From a virus, in the IMG/VR virus record IMGVR_UViG_3300020220_003261: 64,000 bases of DNA; one strand, 5' to 3'. The position numbers and the translations under genes were made by a program. Under the pieces are notes generated by a model. It worked only from the letters and a program-made list of their open reading frames with translations. It did no database searches and was not told the origin of the DNA. This document shows positions 28,649-38,521 of the stretch, piece by piece (within the stretch, counting starts at the first letter, position 1; every line of letters begins with the position of its first letter).

Positions 28649-29619
28649 TTTATATTTTTTAATATGTTAATATCATTTTTTACCATTTTTTCAACCATCT
28701 CTTCAAATTTTGTTTTAGGTTCCCATCCCAAAATGTTTTTTGCCTTTGAATAATCACCTCTAATTGCATCCATTTCAATCGGTCTAATAAACTTCGGATC
28801 TACCTTAATATATTTTGTCCATTCAGATTCACCAATGAAATTAAAAGCAATGTTTAACAAATCCTCTATTGTTCTAGATTTATTGGTCGATAAAATATAA
28901 TCATCAGGATTTTCTTGTTGTAACATCAACCACATACCCTCAACAAAATCGAGTGAATAACCCCAATCTTTCGCAATTTTTATATTTCCTAATGTTATTG
29001 AGTCAGATAAACCTAAATGAATTTTAGCAACACCGTTTGTTATTTTTCTTACAACAAATCTAACACCTCTTCTTTCACTTTCATGATTAAATGCAATTCC
29101 ACTACAGTTAAACATTCCATATGATTCTCTATAATTTTTAGTAATCCAATGTGCATATAATTTAGCAACAGCATATGGCGATTTTGGATATAATGGTGTT
29201 GTTTCCTTAACAGGGTTTTCATACATTTTACCAAACATTTCTGATGAAGATGCTTGATAAAATTTTAAGTCTTTATTTCCGTGTTCCCTTATTGCATCTA
29301 ATAATCTGAGAACACCTAATCCGGTTATATTTGCCTGTGATTCGGGTGTCATCCAACTATCACCAACAAAAGACTGTGCTGCAAAGTTATAGACTTCGTC
29401 TGGATTAGATTCCTTTAAACATTTTGAAAGAGAACTTCCATCGACTAAATCACCTTTAAGAAATGTAACTTTACCAATTAAATGTGATGAGTTTATTCTG
29501 TTTTCTTCGGATTCAGTTCTTTCCATACCAAAAACTTCGTAACCTTTTGACAATAAAAAATCTGCCAAATGAGATCCGTCCATACCATTTATTCCAGTAA
29601 TAAGTGCTCTTCTATTCAT
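28645..29619 (-). CDS. gmd: GDP-mannose 4,6-dehydratase paralogue
   Basis: ITGINGMDGSHLAD, AAQSFV, YQASSSEMFG, SPYAVAKLYAHW, FNHESERRG. Confidence 0.88.
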   Translation of the reverse strand: MNRRALITGINGMDGSHLADFLLSKGYEVFGMERTESEENRINSSHLIGKVTFLKGDLVDGSSLSKCLKESNPDEVYNFAAQSFVGDSWMTPESQANITGLGVLRLLDAIREHGNKDLKFYQASSSEMFGKMYENPVKETTPLYPKSPYAVAKLYAHWITKNYRESYGMFNCSGIAFNHESERRGVRFVVRKITNGVAKIHLGLSDSITLGNIKIAKDWGYSLDFVEGMWLMLQQENPDDYILSTNKSRTIEDLLNIAFNFIGESEWTKYIKVDPKFIRPIEMDAIRGDYSKAKNILGWEPKTKFEEMVEKMVKNDINILKNIK

Positions 29620-30214
29620 TTTTGAAAATATCCATTTGTGTTAAATCCGGCCAATCGGTAACAACCCATTGTCTTGGTGTAGTTTCAATTGCCCTTTGTA
29701 ATTTATCCAAACCCATTTGAGCGGTCTCGGGAGTCATATAATAGTGATAACCTATTGTATTAATGTTTTGATTTCTCCAAGGTATATTCGGTAATCTACC
29801 ATCATAAGACATTTTTTTTAATTCCACTGCTGCTTTTTCATCATCAAGTAAGATCATACCTCCCCTACCTAATGATAAATGTTTTTGATATTGAAAACTT
29901 AAACACATAAAAGTGTTAGGAATGTATGAATCCTTTTTCCATAAAACCGCAGCATCTATGATTCTTTTATCACCATAATTCAAAGTGTAGTAATCTGTCC
30001 AAAATTCTTCCCTCCATACTCTTCCGATTCCTAATTTTTCCGATAAAAAAGGAATCGATAGATATGTATTTTTTGGAACATTTATTTTGGTTTCTTTTGT
30101 ATATCTTAAACAAAGTTCTATTCCATGTGTGCAACTATCAACCGCAACCGCATATTTGGAACCAAAAAAGTTAGATATTTCTTTTTCAAAACTTGAAATA
30201 ATATCAAAATTCAT
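29612..30214 (-). CDS. Short DegT/DnrJ/EryC1/StrS-like PLP aminotransferase
   Basis: AVAVDSCTHGIEL, DAA, SFQYQKHLSLGRGG (PLP Lys); only 200 aa. Confidence 0.75.
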   Translation of the reverse strand: MNFDIISSFEKEISNFFGSKYAVAVDSCTHGIELCLRYTKETKINVPKNTYLSIPFLSEKLGIGRVWREEFWTDYYTLNYGDKRIIDAAVLWKKDSYIPNTFMCLSFQYQKHLSLGRGGMILLDDEKAAVELKKMSYDGRLPNIPWRNQNINTIGYHYYMTPETAQMGLDKLQRAIETTPRQWVVTDWPDLTQMDIFKNE

Positions 30215-30248
30215 TTTAAAATATATTAAAAATTTGTTGTTTAAACAA

Positions 30249-30797
30249 TTAAATTGTCATCTTTTTATTACACTCAACATTTAAACTTATTAACACACCA
30301 TTTTCTTTATCCATGTGGGGAATATATGCTTGTGAATGATCATCCTCATTTTCATGATCTGTTAATCTCCAATCATATCTTCTGATACCATCAAATCCAC
30401 ATGAATATAAAATATCTGAAATTGATTTATAATCATAAGTTGTCTTATGATATATTATATTATTACCCATATTCATTTTCCCATATAAAGGTCCTAAAAA
30501 CCTACTCAGCTCAATTTTCCTTTTGACATATAATTCGGTCATAATTTCAAAATCGGGAACAGCAAGTCTTAATAATCCATTTAGTTTTAAAACTCTGTTC
30601 CATTCTTTTAATACGTCAAGAACTTCTACCCTATCAAAGTATTCTATAACGTGAGATGAGTATATTAAATCAACTGAATTATCTTTAAATGGAATTTTAG
30701 TTATATCATGTGAATGTAAATGTGAAAAATTACCACCATCTATATGAATCCAATCAGAACCAAAATTTCTTTTTCCACAACCTAAGTGTAATTTCAT
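30249..30797 (-). CDS. SAM-dependent methyltransferase (type 11-like)
   Basis: LHLGCG, IYSSHVIEY, EWNRVLK..G.L..AVPD. Confidence 0.85.
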   Translation of the reverse strand: MKLHLGCGKRNFGSDWIHIDGGNFSHLHSHDITKIPFKDNSVDLIYSSHVIEYFDRVEVLDVLKEWNRVLKLNGLLRLAVPDFEIMTELYVKRKIELSRFLGPLYGKMNMGNNIIYHKTTYDYKSISDILYSCGFDGIRRYDWRLTDHENEDDHSQAYIPHMDKENGVLISLNVECNKKMTI

Positions 30798-30801
30798 GAT
30801 T

Positions 30802-31215
30802 TTAATTTATGAATGTTTTATCCATTGATTGTCCTTCATAAGGTCCAGTCTTATATTCATAGACTAGTGTCTCATCTTCGAGTATTAAATAGTTATGACC
30901 ACCTTCTAAAGTAAAACTCGTATCACCTGGATATAAAATTGGTTCGGATATAATATTATCATCTAAATCATAAAAAATACATTTTACACTTCCACTTATC
31001 ACAACCCAACTTTCTTGTGCAATAACATTACGATTTCTTTCTTTCCAAATATGTCTGTGAGGTCTAAAAGTTTTACCCTCATTCATGTTCAACATAGAAC
31101 ATTGAATAAAATTATCTTCAGAAATAATATCCTCTCTACCAGGTTTCATATCTTTCTTTCTGACAATTATGTGTAATAATTTATTGGGATCAATTTTACT
31201 ATATATTTTTTCCAT
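30802..31215 (-). CDS. WbuC-like cupin
   Basis: RPHRH, QESWVVISG, GGHNY, EYKTGPY. Confidence 0.75.
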   Translation of the reverse strand: MEKIYSKIDPNKLLHIIVRKKDMKPGREDIISEDNFIQCSMLNMNEGKTFRPHRHIWKERNRNVIAQESWVVISGSVKCIFYDLDDNIISEPILYPGDTSFTLEGGHNYLILEDETLVYEYKTGPYEGQSMDKTFIN

Positions 31216-31216
31216 A

Positions 31217-31963
31217 TTAAATTTTTTCTTTTGCTCTAACTTCTTTTAATGGATTTTTAGAATGATTAATATAATTGTTTATATCAATCGGACAACCAAA
31301 ATCTTCCGTTAAACCACCGTGTTTAAGTTCTTTATTGTACAGTTTAAAACAAGATTCTAAAACCCAATTATCCGCCCATTCAGGTTCATTTACAAAAACA
31401 TTACCTGATAAGTAATAATTTAAATAAAATTTTGCGAAATCTTTAGTCTTTTCATTAATTTTTATGAATTGAAAACCACTTTCTATCCAATCTTTATATC
31501 TCAGTATAACCAACCAATCATTTTCTTCAAAATATTCATAAAAGTTATCAGGTAAATCTTTACATAGATAAGAGTCAACATCCGCCCAAATCATTACATC
31601 ACCTATTTCAAACATTTCAATTGCGTCACAAATTGCAACTACTTTTCTAAACCAAAAGGGAGAATTCTTCATATAATAATTTGAAGATTTATAACAATCT
31701 TTAAAAGGTGATGTGATTAGAAAATCTTTTAACCATTTATTATTTTCAAATAAATCCATGTATTGAATATTTTTATAATTTTCTAATTTTGAAAAATCAA
31801 TAGATTGATTATACATAGAATTATCGAATGAATTTTCATGATAAACAAAAATTTTATTTTTTGTATATGAATTAGGTATGTTTTTCATGAAAAGATTGTG
31901 ACTATGATTATACAATCTTGTATTGAAAGAGGTAACAAATTTATAATTTTCAGGTAATTTCAT
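31217..31963 (-). CDS. Glycosyltransferase-like protein (GT-A)
   Basis: FWFRKVVAI, WADVDS, ESGF. Confidence 0.55.
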   Translation of the reverse strand: MKLPENYKFVTSFNTRLYNHSHNLFMKNIPNSYTKNKIFVYHENSFDNSMYNQSIDFSKLENYKNIQYMDLFENNKWLKDFLITSPFKDCYKSSNYYMKNSPFWFRKVVAICDAIEMFEIGDVMIWADVDSYLCKDLPDNFYEYFEENDWLVILRYKDWIESGFQFIKINEKTKDFAKFYLNYYLSGNVFVNEPEWADNWVLESCFKLYNKELKHGGLTEDFGCPIDINNYINHSKNPLKEVRAKEKI

Positions 31964-31964
31964 T

Positions 31965-32825
31965 TTAATATTTTTGTGATATTACTCTTGATATTTCAGC
32001 AAAACTACTTAGTGGGTGATATATCAATATGTTAGTGTGTGCCAATAAATAAATGTCTTCTAACCCCTCTTGTGCAACTTCTGTGGTTATCGCAAAACTT
32101 GTATGATCATTCCATTCTTTTTTGGAATCTTTTTTAACTATGTAATTTTCTTTTTTCCTTAATATGATACTGTCACTAAACAAATCACATATTACATTTT
32201 CATAATCAGGATCTTCAGTTGATAGAAAAATTTTTTGTTTAGGATTTTGTTCTAATAATTTTTTTATTGCATTAACATATAAGGTCAGAGGTGCACCAAA
32301 ATCTGTTCCTCTAGCATGAACACCAATCACATTTTTATTTAAACCTAATTCCCCAACATAGTGATCTATTTTTTGTTGAACTTTTTTTATTGGTTTAAGA
32401 TTTATTAAGAATTCAGCGCAGTCTTTTTTATCTACAGTTGGTAAAAAGTTATTATGGTATATTATAACATTTTTTTGTTTATCGTCATATGAAAATGATT
32501 CGTAATGTCTATATGGATTCTTCAAAGACAATTCTTTTAAAGTAGTTCTTCCAAACTTTGTGACTTCTCTGTCTATACCGTGACCACCGTGACCCGATTC
32601 TGTTAACAATAAACAATCATCTAAATTAGAAAGATCTTCTAATGAAAGAACATCAAGATCGTTTTCGAATAACTCATCAAATCTTGCTAAACAACCGTTT
32701 GTAGTGATGTTGTCCCAATATGCTTTTAATTGTCTACCAGATTTTTTTGAAATTGCATAACAAGAAGATAATGGTCTCAACCTATTTCCCATTCCACTTG
32801 TTGAATAATTTATTATTGTTTTCAT
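31965..32825 (-). CDS. Fucosyltransferase-like protein (NodZ/GT23/GT11-like)
   Basis: SGMGNRLR, IGVHARGTD, FLSTED, DIYLLA..SSF. Confidence 0.7.
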   Translation of the reverse strand: MKTIINYSTSGMGNRLRPLSSCYAISKKSGRQLKAYWDNITTNGCLARFDELFENDLDVLSLEDLSNLDDCLLLTESGHGGHGIDREVTKFGRTTLKELSLKNPYRHYESFSYDDKQKNVIIYHNNFLPTVDKKDCAEFLINLKPIKKVQQKIDHYVGELGLNKNVIGVHARGTDFGAPLTLYVNAIKKLLEQNPKQKIFLSTEDPDYENVICDLFSDSIILRKKENYIVKKDSKKEWNDHTSFAITTEVAQEGLEDIYLLAHTNILIYHPLSSFAEISRVISQKY

Positions 32826-33524
32826 TTAATATTTTTTATGTTTTCCTTGATCTTCAAAGTATTCATTTCCTTCGTTCTTTCCCCCCATTGAAAATAAGTT
32901 TGAAAATCCCCTTAATCTTTTCTTTTTTATTCTATCTTTCATTCTCCATAAACAGAAAGGAAAACTTATTTGATCTCTTGAACTAAATCTACATAGTTGT
33001 TCCCACCACATTAGTTGTAATTCTTTAACCACATCACTTGTTTTAACAATAAAAGTTGACATTTCGAATAAACCAAAATCGGTTGGCATTCCCATATACT
33101 TATAAAATTTAAACTGATTTTCTAAATTTTCTCTGTGATCAAGTTGCCATTGCGCACAAGCTGATATTTCTTGATATATACATTTTCTGTCAGGATGTTT
33201 AAAAAGAAAAAGATCTACATCAGAACCGTATTCATCTATTATACTTTGAGGATCTTTTTTTAGTTGGTGATTACCGTCTACCCAAATTATGTATTCATAT
33301 TGTGGAAACATCAGGGAACTTATAATTTTGTAAGGCTTAGCGTTTCTTCTGTTTGTAAAATTATCAATATTTGAAAATTTAAAAACATCTTTTTGTTCCC
33401 ATACTTTTACTTCGTACGATTTATCAACAAATGAAATGTAATCACAATTATCAAAAACTATTAGGGGATCCACTAAATCGTCTTTTCCATCTGTGATTGA
33501 TGTTATTACTAAAAATTTTTTCAT
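32826..33524 (-). CDS. DUF616 (TOD1/MUCI70-like) glycosyltransferase-like protein
   Basis: RRNAKPYKI, IWVDGN, HPDRKCIYQE, SRDQISFP. Confidence 0.75.
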   Translation of the reverse strand: MKKFLVITSITDGKDDLVDPLIVFDNCDYISFVDKSYEVKVWEQKDVFKFSNIDNFTNRRNAKPYKIISSLMFPQYEYIIWVDGNHQLKKDPQSIIDEYGSDVDLFLFKHPDRKCIYQEISACAQWQLDHRENLENQFKFYKYMGMPTDFGLFEMSTFIVKTSDVVKELQLMWWEQLCRFSSRDQISFPFCLWRMKDRIKKKRLRGFSNLFSMGGKNEGNEYFEDQGKHKKY

Positions 33525-33525
33525 A

Positions 33526-34512
33526 TTATCGCCAAAATGAATATAATCCGTTTCTTATTTCGTATTCAGACCATTTATATCTTTCTCTTTTTGGTTGTTG
33601 TTTAGCCCATTCCCACATAATTTTAATTCCATCATACAGTGATGTCCTATCACAATAACCAAGGATCTCAACCGATTTTTGCCACGTTGGATGTGCATTT
33701 TTTACTTCATGTCTTTGTTCTATATAAACAGTTTGACCCCCTTGAATGATATCTTTTAAAATATTATTAGCCTCATTTATGGTATAGTATTTTGTGGCAC
33801 CTAAATTAAAAATTTGTTTAGAACAATTATCTTGTTGTGAGGCTCTCCATAAACCCTCTAAAGAATCATCAATAAAACTAAATGCTCTTTTTTGTTCACC
33901 ATCACCAAATATTGTCATCTTTTCACCATTCATATATTGATACATCCAAATACCAATTACGTTTCTATATTTGTCCCAAATATTTTGTTTTACACCATAA
34001 AAATTATGAGGTCTTATAATACACCAATCCAATCCGTGTTGTTCACCTGCTACTTTAATATCCATTTCACATGCATATTTTGCGATACCATAGGGATCAA
34101 CTGGTTGAGGTAAATCATTTTCATTAAACGGAGGGTTACCATTTCCATAAACGGCCATTGAGGAAGTAAAAACCAATCTTTTTATATTATGTTTGATACA
34201 GGCATTTACAATTTTAACTGTTGCAATCAAATTATTTTGATAGTTGTAACTTCTTATAAATGGTGATAGTCCTTCTGCGGCATAGGCTGCGAAATGAAAA
34301 ACATAATCAATTTTTCTTCTACTAAAACAAACATCTAAATCCGCCTCCACCAAATTCATTTTCCAAAAATCAACACGAGTATCAACATTGTCTAAATAAC
34401 CACCACTCAAATCATCTATGCCTGTAATTTTAATATCGGGATACTTTTCTAAAATATAATCTGCTAATCTCGAACCGAGTAAACCAGCAACACCTGTTAT
34501 AAGAACATTCAT
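33526..34512 (-). CDS. NAD-dependent epimerase/dehydratase
   Basis: ITGVAGLLG, FHFAAYAAEGLS, TSSMAVYG, PYGIAK, RPHNFYG. Confidence 0.9.
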   Translation of the reverse strand: MNVLITGVAGLLGSRLADYILEKYPDIKITGIDDLSGGYLDNVDTRVDFWKMNLVEADLDVCFSRRKIDYVFHFAAYAAEGLSPFIRSYNYQNNLIATVKIVNACIKHNIKRLVFTSSMAVYGNGNPPFNENDLPQPVDPYGIAKYACEMDIKVAGEQHGLDWCIIRPHNFYGVKQNIWDKYRNVIGIWMYQYMNGEKMTIFGDGEQKRAFSFIDDSLEGLWRASQQDNCSKQIFNLGATKYYTINEANNILKDIIQGGQTVYIEQRHEVKNAHPTWQKSVEILGYCDRTSLYDGIKIMWEWAKQQPKRERYKWSEYEIRNGLYSFWR

Positions 34513-35132
34513 ATAGTATTATAAAAATTATTTTGATTTTCTTGTCTTGTTATTGTTTTGTTATGTTCAATAAAATATTCATCATTATCCACTGGGATTA
34601 GAGAATAATATTTCGCACCAATAATTTTTTCATGAACTTTACCCTCCCACCTCAAATTACCTTTATAAATTCTTCCTTGATAATCAGGGAAGTTTATTCT
34701 CATTTTATCATCCATATTCCATCGCCAGTTTCTAATATGTTCCATAGTTATACCCTCAACGGTATTTAAACGTGGAATATAAAATAAATCTGTCTCAGGA
34801 TTCAATTCAATAATACTTGGTAAGTCTCTAATCAAATCTTTACTTATCATTTCATCAGCATCTAATTGAAATATATAATCTCCAACACAATAATAATTCA
34901 ATCTGTTTTTCCATTCGGCAAAATCTTTTCTAAATCCATTATTCCTCCAAATCTGAACATCTGGTTTTAAATTATAAGGTAAAAGAAAATCTAAAACTTC
35001 TTTAAATCCATTTTTTTCATCAAATAAAATAACAATTTCATCTTCTATCCTTTTGTTCTCAAGAATAAAGGGTAACAATCTTTTAATTTCATCTAATTCA
35101 TTACAAACTGTAATCGCATAACTTATTTTCAT
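34509..35132 (-). CDS. Glycosyltransferase family 2-like
   Basis: ISYAITVCNE, FQLDADE, FPDYQGRIY, VHEKI. Confidence 0.8.
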   Translation of the reverse strand: MKISYAITVCNELDEIKRLLPFILENKRIEDEIVILFDEKNGFKEVLDFLLPYNLKPDVQIWRNNGFRKDFAEWKNRLNYYCVGDYIFQLDADEMISKDLIRDLPSIIELNPETDLFYIPRLNTVEGITMEHIRNWRWNMDDKMRINFPDYQGRIYKGNLRWEGKVHEKIIGAKYYSLIPVDNDEYFIEHNKTITRQENQNNFYNTI

Positions 35133-35401
35133 GCTCTCTCACCTCCTTGATTTATTTCTCTTGCAAAAATTTTGAATGTTCTTCCGTTATCATTAAAAAT
35201 AATATTTCCATTTGGTGTCGGTGTAATAACTAAATGTAAATTGTTTTCACCAGATCCCAAATGGACAGGATCATTATCATCAAATTGAAAACAGAACTCT
35301 ACATTGTGTCTATCAAATGATAAAATTGGTTGAACTAAAAAAGTTTCATTTTGTAAAAATCTAATTTCAGGATCCTTACCTCTTAGAAATTTAAAATTCA
35401 T
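35129..35401 (-). CDS. Hypothetical protein
   Basis: Coupled by 4-bp overlap inside the operon. Confidence 0.6.
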   Translation of the reverse strand: MNFKFLRGKDPEIRFLQNETFLVQPILSFDRHNVEFCFQFDDNDPVHLGSGENNLHLVITPTPNGNIIFNDNGRTFKIFAREINQGGERA

Positions 35402-35403
35402 AT

Positions 35404-36654
35404 TTAATTTACTTTAGTCAATTTTGGTAGAACAATTTTATTTTCAAATGGTTGATTTATATAAGGCGTTAATATTTCAATTAATTTTTCTTTCATTTTA
35501 TTTAAAGTAAACTTTGATAGGTTCTCTTTTCTTAATGTTTCTGATCTTTCTAAAAAATTATCATAATCCTTTTCTACTATTTTCATAACCTCTATCACCT
35601 CATTGTAATTTGCGGTAAACCATTTTGAACCTTTGATAATAAATTCATTTATGGATGATTCGTGAACTTCGGTCAAAGACCCCCCAACCATTATTGCCTT
35701 ATCCATGGGTAAAAAATCTTTGTGTCCAGACCAATTAGATGCAATTACCGGTTTACCCGTCATTGTGAATTCTAACAATGGTCTACCAAATCCTTCCCCT
35801 TTTGTAATTGAAATCATACACTTTACTTTGGGATGATTATACAGATTATTCATTTCTGAATCACTTAGCTCACCAAATAAAAGATATATCGAAGGTGGAT
35901 TTTCTGATTGATCTATTATGGATTTAATTTTCTTTCGAAAATTTTCTCTTTCTTTGATTGAAAAATTTGCAGAAGACGTTTTTAAAATTAATGCAGGTTT
36001 ATTTTCATGATTTTTAAAAGACTCATTAAAACATTTAATTAACATACCCACATCTTTTCTATCGTGTCCTAATTTACCATTCAACCAATGACCAACAAAT
36101 AAAAATGCAAAATCTTCATTGATTTCTAAATCAATTTTTTCATATGTGTTATTAAAAATATTTTCATTAATACCCTCGAATAGTATTTCAATTGGAGTTT
36201 TAATTTTATGTTGATTTACTAATTTACCGGTATTTTTTTCTGTTTCATTATAAACTGTTTGTAGTAAAACATCTCTTGAAAACAAAGAAGTAGTAATAAT
36301 TAAATCCATTTTATTACAACCATCAATCCAAGATTTAGGTGCGATTGTTGTTTCAATACCCGCAGTTATTCCAATATTGAACTTTCCCTTTCTTTGAAAT
36401 TCGTTTGGAACCGTAACCTCAATATAGATATCTGGAGTGGGAATTGTACTTGTTATAAAATTTGACTCAATCCATTTATGAAATTGATTGGTCTCTTCCA
36501 ACGCTGTCATCGGATTCATACCCCAACCACAACTATCAATTTTAATATCGAACAAATCTGATTCATATAAAACCTCCAATAAATCTCTTGAATGTGATCC
36601 ATAACCACTTCTTGATTTTACTGGTCCTCTAAATAATAAAAAGGGTTTATTCAT
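35404..36654 (-). CDS. Glycosyltransferase family 4
   Basis: SRSGYGSHSRD, FVGHW, TKGEGFGRPLLE. Confidence 0.85.
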   Translation of the reverse strand: MNKPFLLFRGPVKSRSGYGSHSRDLLEVLYESDLFDIKIDSCGWGMNPMTALEETNQFHKWIESNFITSTIPTPDIYIEVTVPNEFQRKGKFNIGITAGIETTIAPKSWIDGCNKMDLIITTSLFSRDVLLQTVYNETEKNTGKLVNQHKIKTPIEILFEGINENIFNNTYEKIDLEINEDFAFLFVGHWLNGKLGHDRKDVGMLIKCFNESFKNHENKPALILKTSSANFSIKERENFRKKIKSIIDQSENPPSIYLLFGELSDSEMNNLYNHPKVKCMISITKGEGFGRPLLEFTMTGKPVIASNWSGHKDFLPMDKAIMVGGSLTEVHESSINEFIIKGSKWFTANYNEVIEVMKIVEKDYDNFLERSETLRKENLSKFTLNKMKEKLIEILTPYINQPFENKIVLPKLTKVN

Positions 36655-38009
36655 ACAATTTTATATAAGTCGAATTTTTTTCTTGGTTTGAAATTTTTTA
36701 TTACACTATCAATACCCTCTGACATTTTTTCACACATAATTTTACTTGATAAATTTTTTAACATAAATTCTCTTCCTAACAAACCTCTTCTTTTTCTTTC
36801 CTCTCTTGTCCAATTATAAACTTTTTCTATAGCATCCGCAACTTCATAATCGTCTACTCTGTCATCGAAAATATATGGAGTTGCGGGTGATCCATTTATA
36901 TTAATCGCTGATGGCCATATTGGAACAACCCATTCACCATAATTTATTGATCCATGTATTCTTTTATCATGTAACGTTCCTAAAGAAATATAATCATTTT
37001 CATTGAAATCAAACCCCATTTGGTCTTGTAAACCACCTGTGACATTTGCTATAATCGGTGTTCCAGCCATCAATGATTCTGCGGTAGTTAATCCAAACCC
37101 CTCATTATTTGCAATGTTAATTGTGCAATCAACAATATTATAAATCTCATTTAACTTTTCCTGTTCAATTTTTTGACCAATAAACTTTACATTATATTTA
37201 GGACAAACTGTATTTACCACCTCGTATAAATCCGTCCCATTGTCATCAATCGGTATTGTATGCATCAACAACAAACATTTATTTGCCCTCTCTTTAGGTA
37301 ATCTATCACAAAATAGTTTGAAAGAATAGACAACATCTGATGGTTGTTTTCTTCTTATGTTTCTATTATTATAAAACAAAATGAAATCTAAGTCCTCACT
37401 CCCTTTTATAAGATCGTATATATCATTACCAACATTTTGTAATGGTTTAAAAGTGTTGTGATTAATACCATGTGGGACATAACTTATCTGCCAATCATCT
37501 AATGGTTTAAATGTTATTTCATCTTTTCTTTTACCTACTCTATGAACTATACCATATGTTTGTTTCGAGATGCAACCTATCCAATCGCAGCTTTCATAAT
37601 AATTTCTATTATAAAAAGGATCAGGTAGATTATCCCAAATGTGATAATAAAGTATTGGAACTTGTTGTCTTATTTCGTGTTCGTTGTCATATAACCACTG
37701 CCAATAATGAGGATCAGTAAAATGTAAAATTGCATCAGGTTTTTCTTCTTGCAAAAGTTTTCTGATAACAGAAATATCACCATATCCGTTGTATGGTATT
37801 ATTTTAAGACTCGCATCTTTTATACCTGTTCTTTTTTTTATATCATCATCAATAGATACAATTTTTCCTAATTCAGGATGATTAATCGCGGAACCTAGTT
37901 GAACCCAATCATATTTTTCTATCGTTCCCATGACAAATTCTTTCGACATAGTAGATATGCCAGATGTCATCCTCAAGTCATCCGATAGTAATAATATCTT
38001 TTTTTTCAT
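36651..38009 (-). CDS. Glycosyltransferase family 4
   Basis: LSDD..TSG, NRNIRRK, NEGFGLTTAESLMAGTP. Confidence 0.88.
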   Translation of the reverse strand: MKKKILLLSDDLRMTSGISTMSKEFVMGTIEKYDWVQLGSAINHPELGKIVSIDDDIKKRTGIKDASLKIIPYNGYGDISVIRKLLQEEKPDAILHFTDPHYWQWLYDNEHEIRQQVPILYYHIWDNLPDPFYNRNYYESCDWIGCISKQTYGIVHRVGKRKDEITFKPLDDWQISYVPHGINHNTFKPLQNVGNDIYDLIKGSEDLDFILFYNNRNIRRKQPSDVVYSFKLFCDRLPKERANKCLLLMHTIPIDDNGTDLYEVVNTVCPKYNVKFIGQKIEQEKLNEIYNIVDCTINIANNEGFGLTTAESLMAGTPIIANVTGGLQDQMGFDFNENDYISLGTLHDKRIHGSINYGEWVVPIWPSAININGSPATPYIFDDRVDDYEVADAIEKVYNWTREERKRRGLLGREFMLKNLSSKIMCEKMSEGIDSVIKNFKPRKKFDLYKIV

Positions 38010-38012
38010 TAA

Positions 38013-38210
38013 TTAAAATTTCGACCCACTTGATGCCAATCCATCATGGTTATTAATTAAGTCTCTAAATTTTTCATCTTTGATATAGAGATCTAATGAT
38101 CTGTTTACCAATTTTTGTAAATTGATTGATCCTTCAATTGATTTGACTTTAAATTTTTTGTAGACATCGTCTAAAATATTGACGCTTGTTAATTTAGTTT
38201 CTGCTTTCAT
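38013..38210 (-). CDS. Small protein, possibly a ribbon-helix-helix DNA-binding protein
   Basis: TSVNI strand followed by two helices (DDVYKKFK, LQKLVNRSLDLY). Confidence 0.45.
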   Translation of the reverse strand: MKAETKLTSVNILDDVYKKFKVKSIEGSINLQKLVNRSLDLYIKDEKFRDLINNHDGLASSGSKF

Positions 38211-38265
38211 ATTAGTATATATATTCTTATATATTATTTTACTAAAAAAAATCGGAATTTACCGA

Positions 38266-38442
38266 TTATTCATTTTTTGTTAACTCTTTGATTCGATTAA
38301 CAATTTCGTTTAACTGTTCATCTTGTTTTGATTTCTCTATTTCAGTCTGATTTAGTAGTGAAGCTTCTGTAACTGTTAAAGAAACTTGTTGTGGCTCAGA
38401 TGAAGGTTGAATGATCTTCTTTTTTTTACATCCACATCCCAT
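38266..38442 (-). CDS. Small protein, 58 aa, starting MGCGCKKKK; not in ORF track
   Basis: Hand-translated; minus-strand TATTTATA at 38455-38462, about 13 nt upstream. Confidence 0.7.
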   Translation of the reverse strand: MGCGCKKKKIIQPSSEPQQVSLTVTEASLLNQTEIEKSKQDEQLNEIVNRIKELTKNE

Positions 38443-38521
38443 GTCTATTTTTTTTATAAATATTTTGATTTATATTTTTATAAAATATAGAGAAAAAAAT
38501 AATTACAGTCAACAGTTAGTA

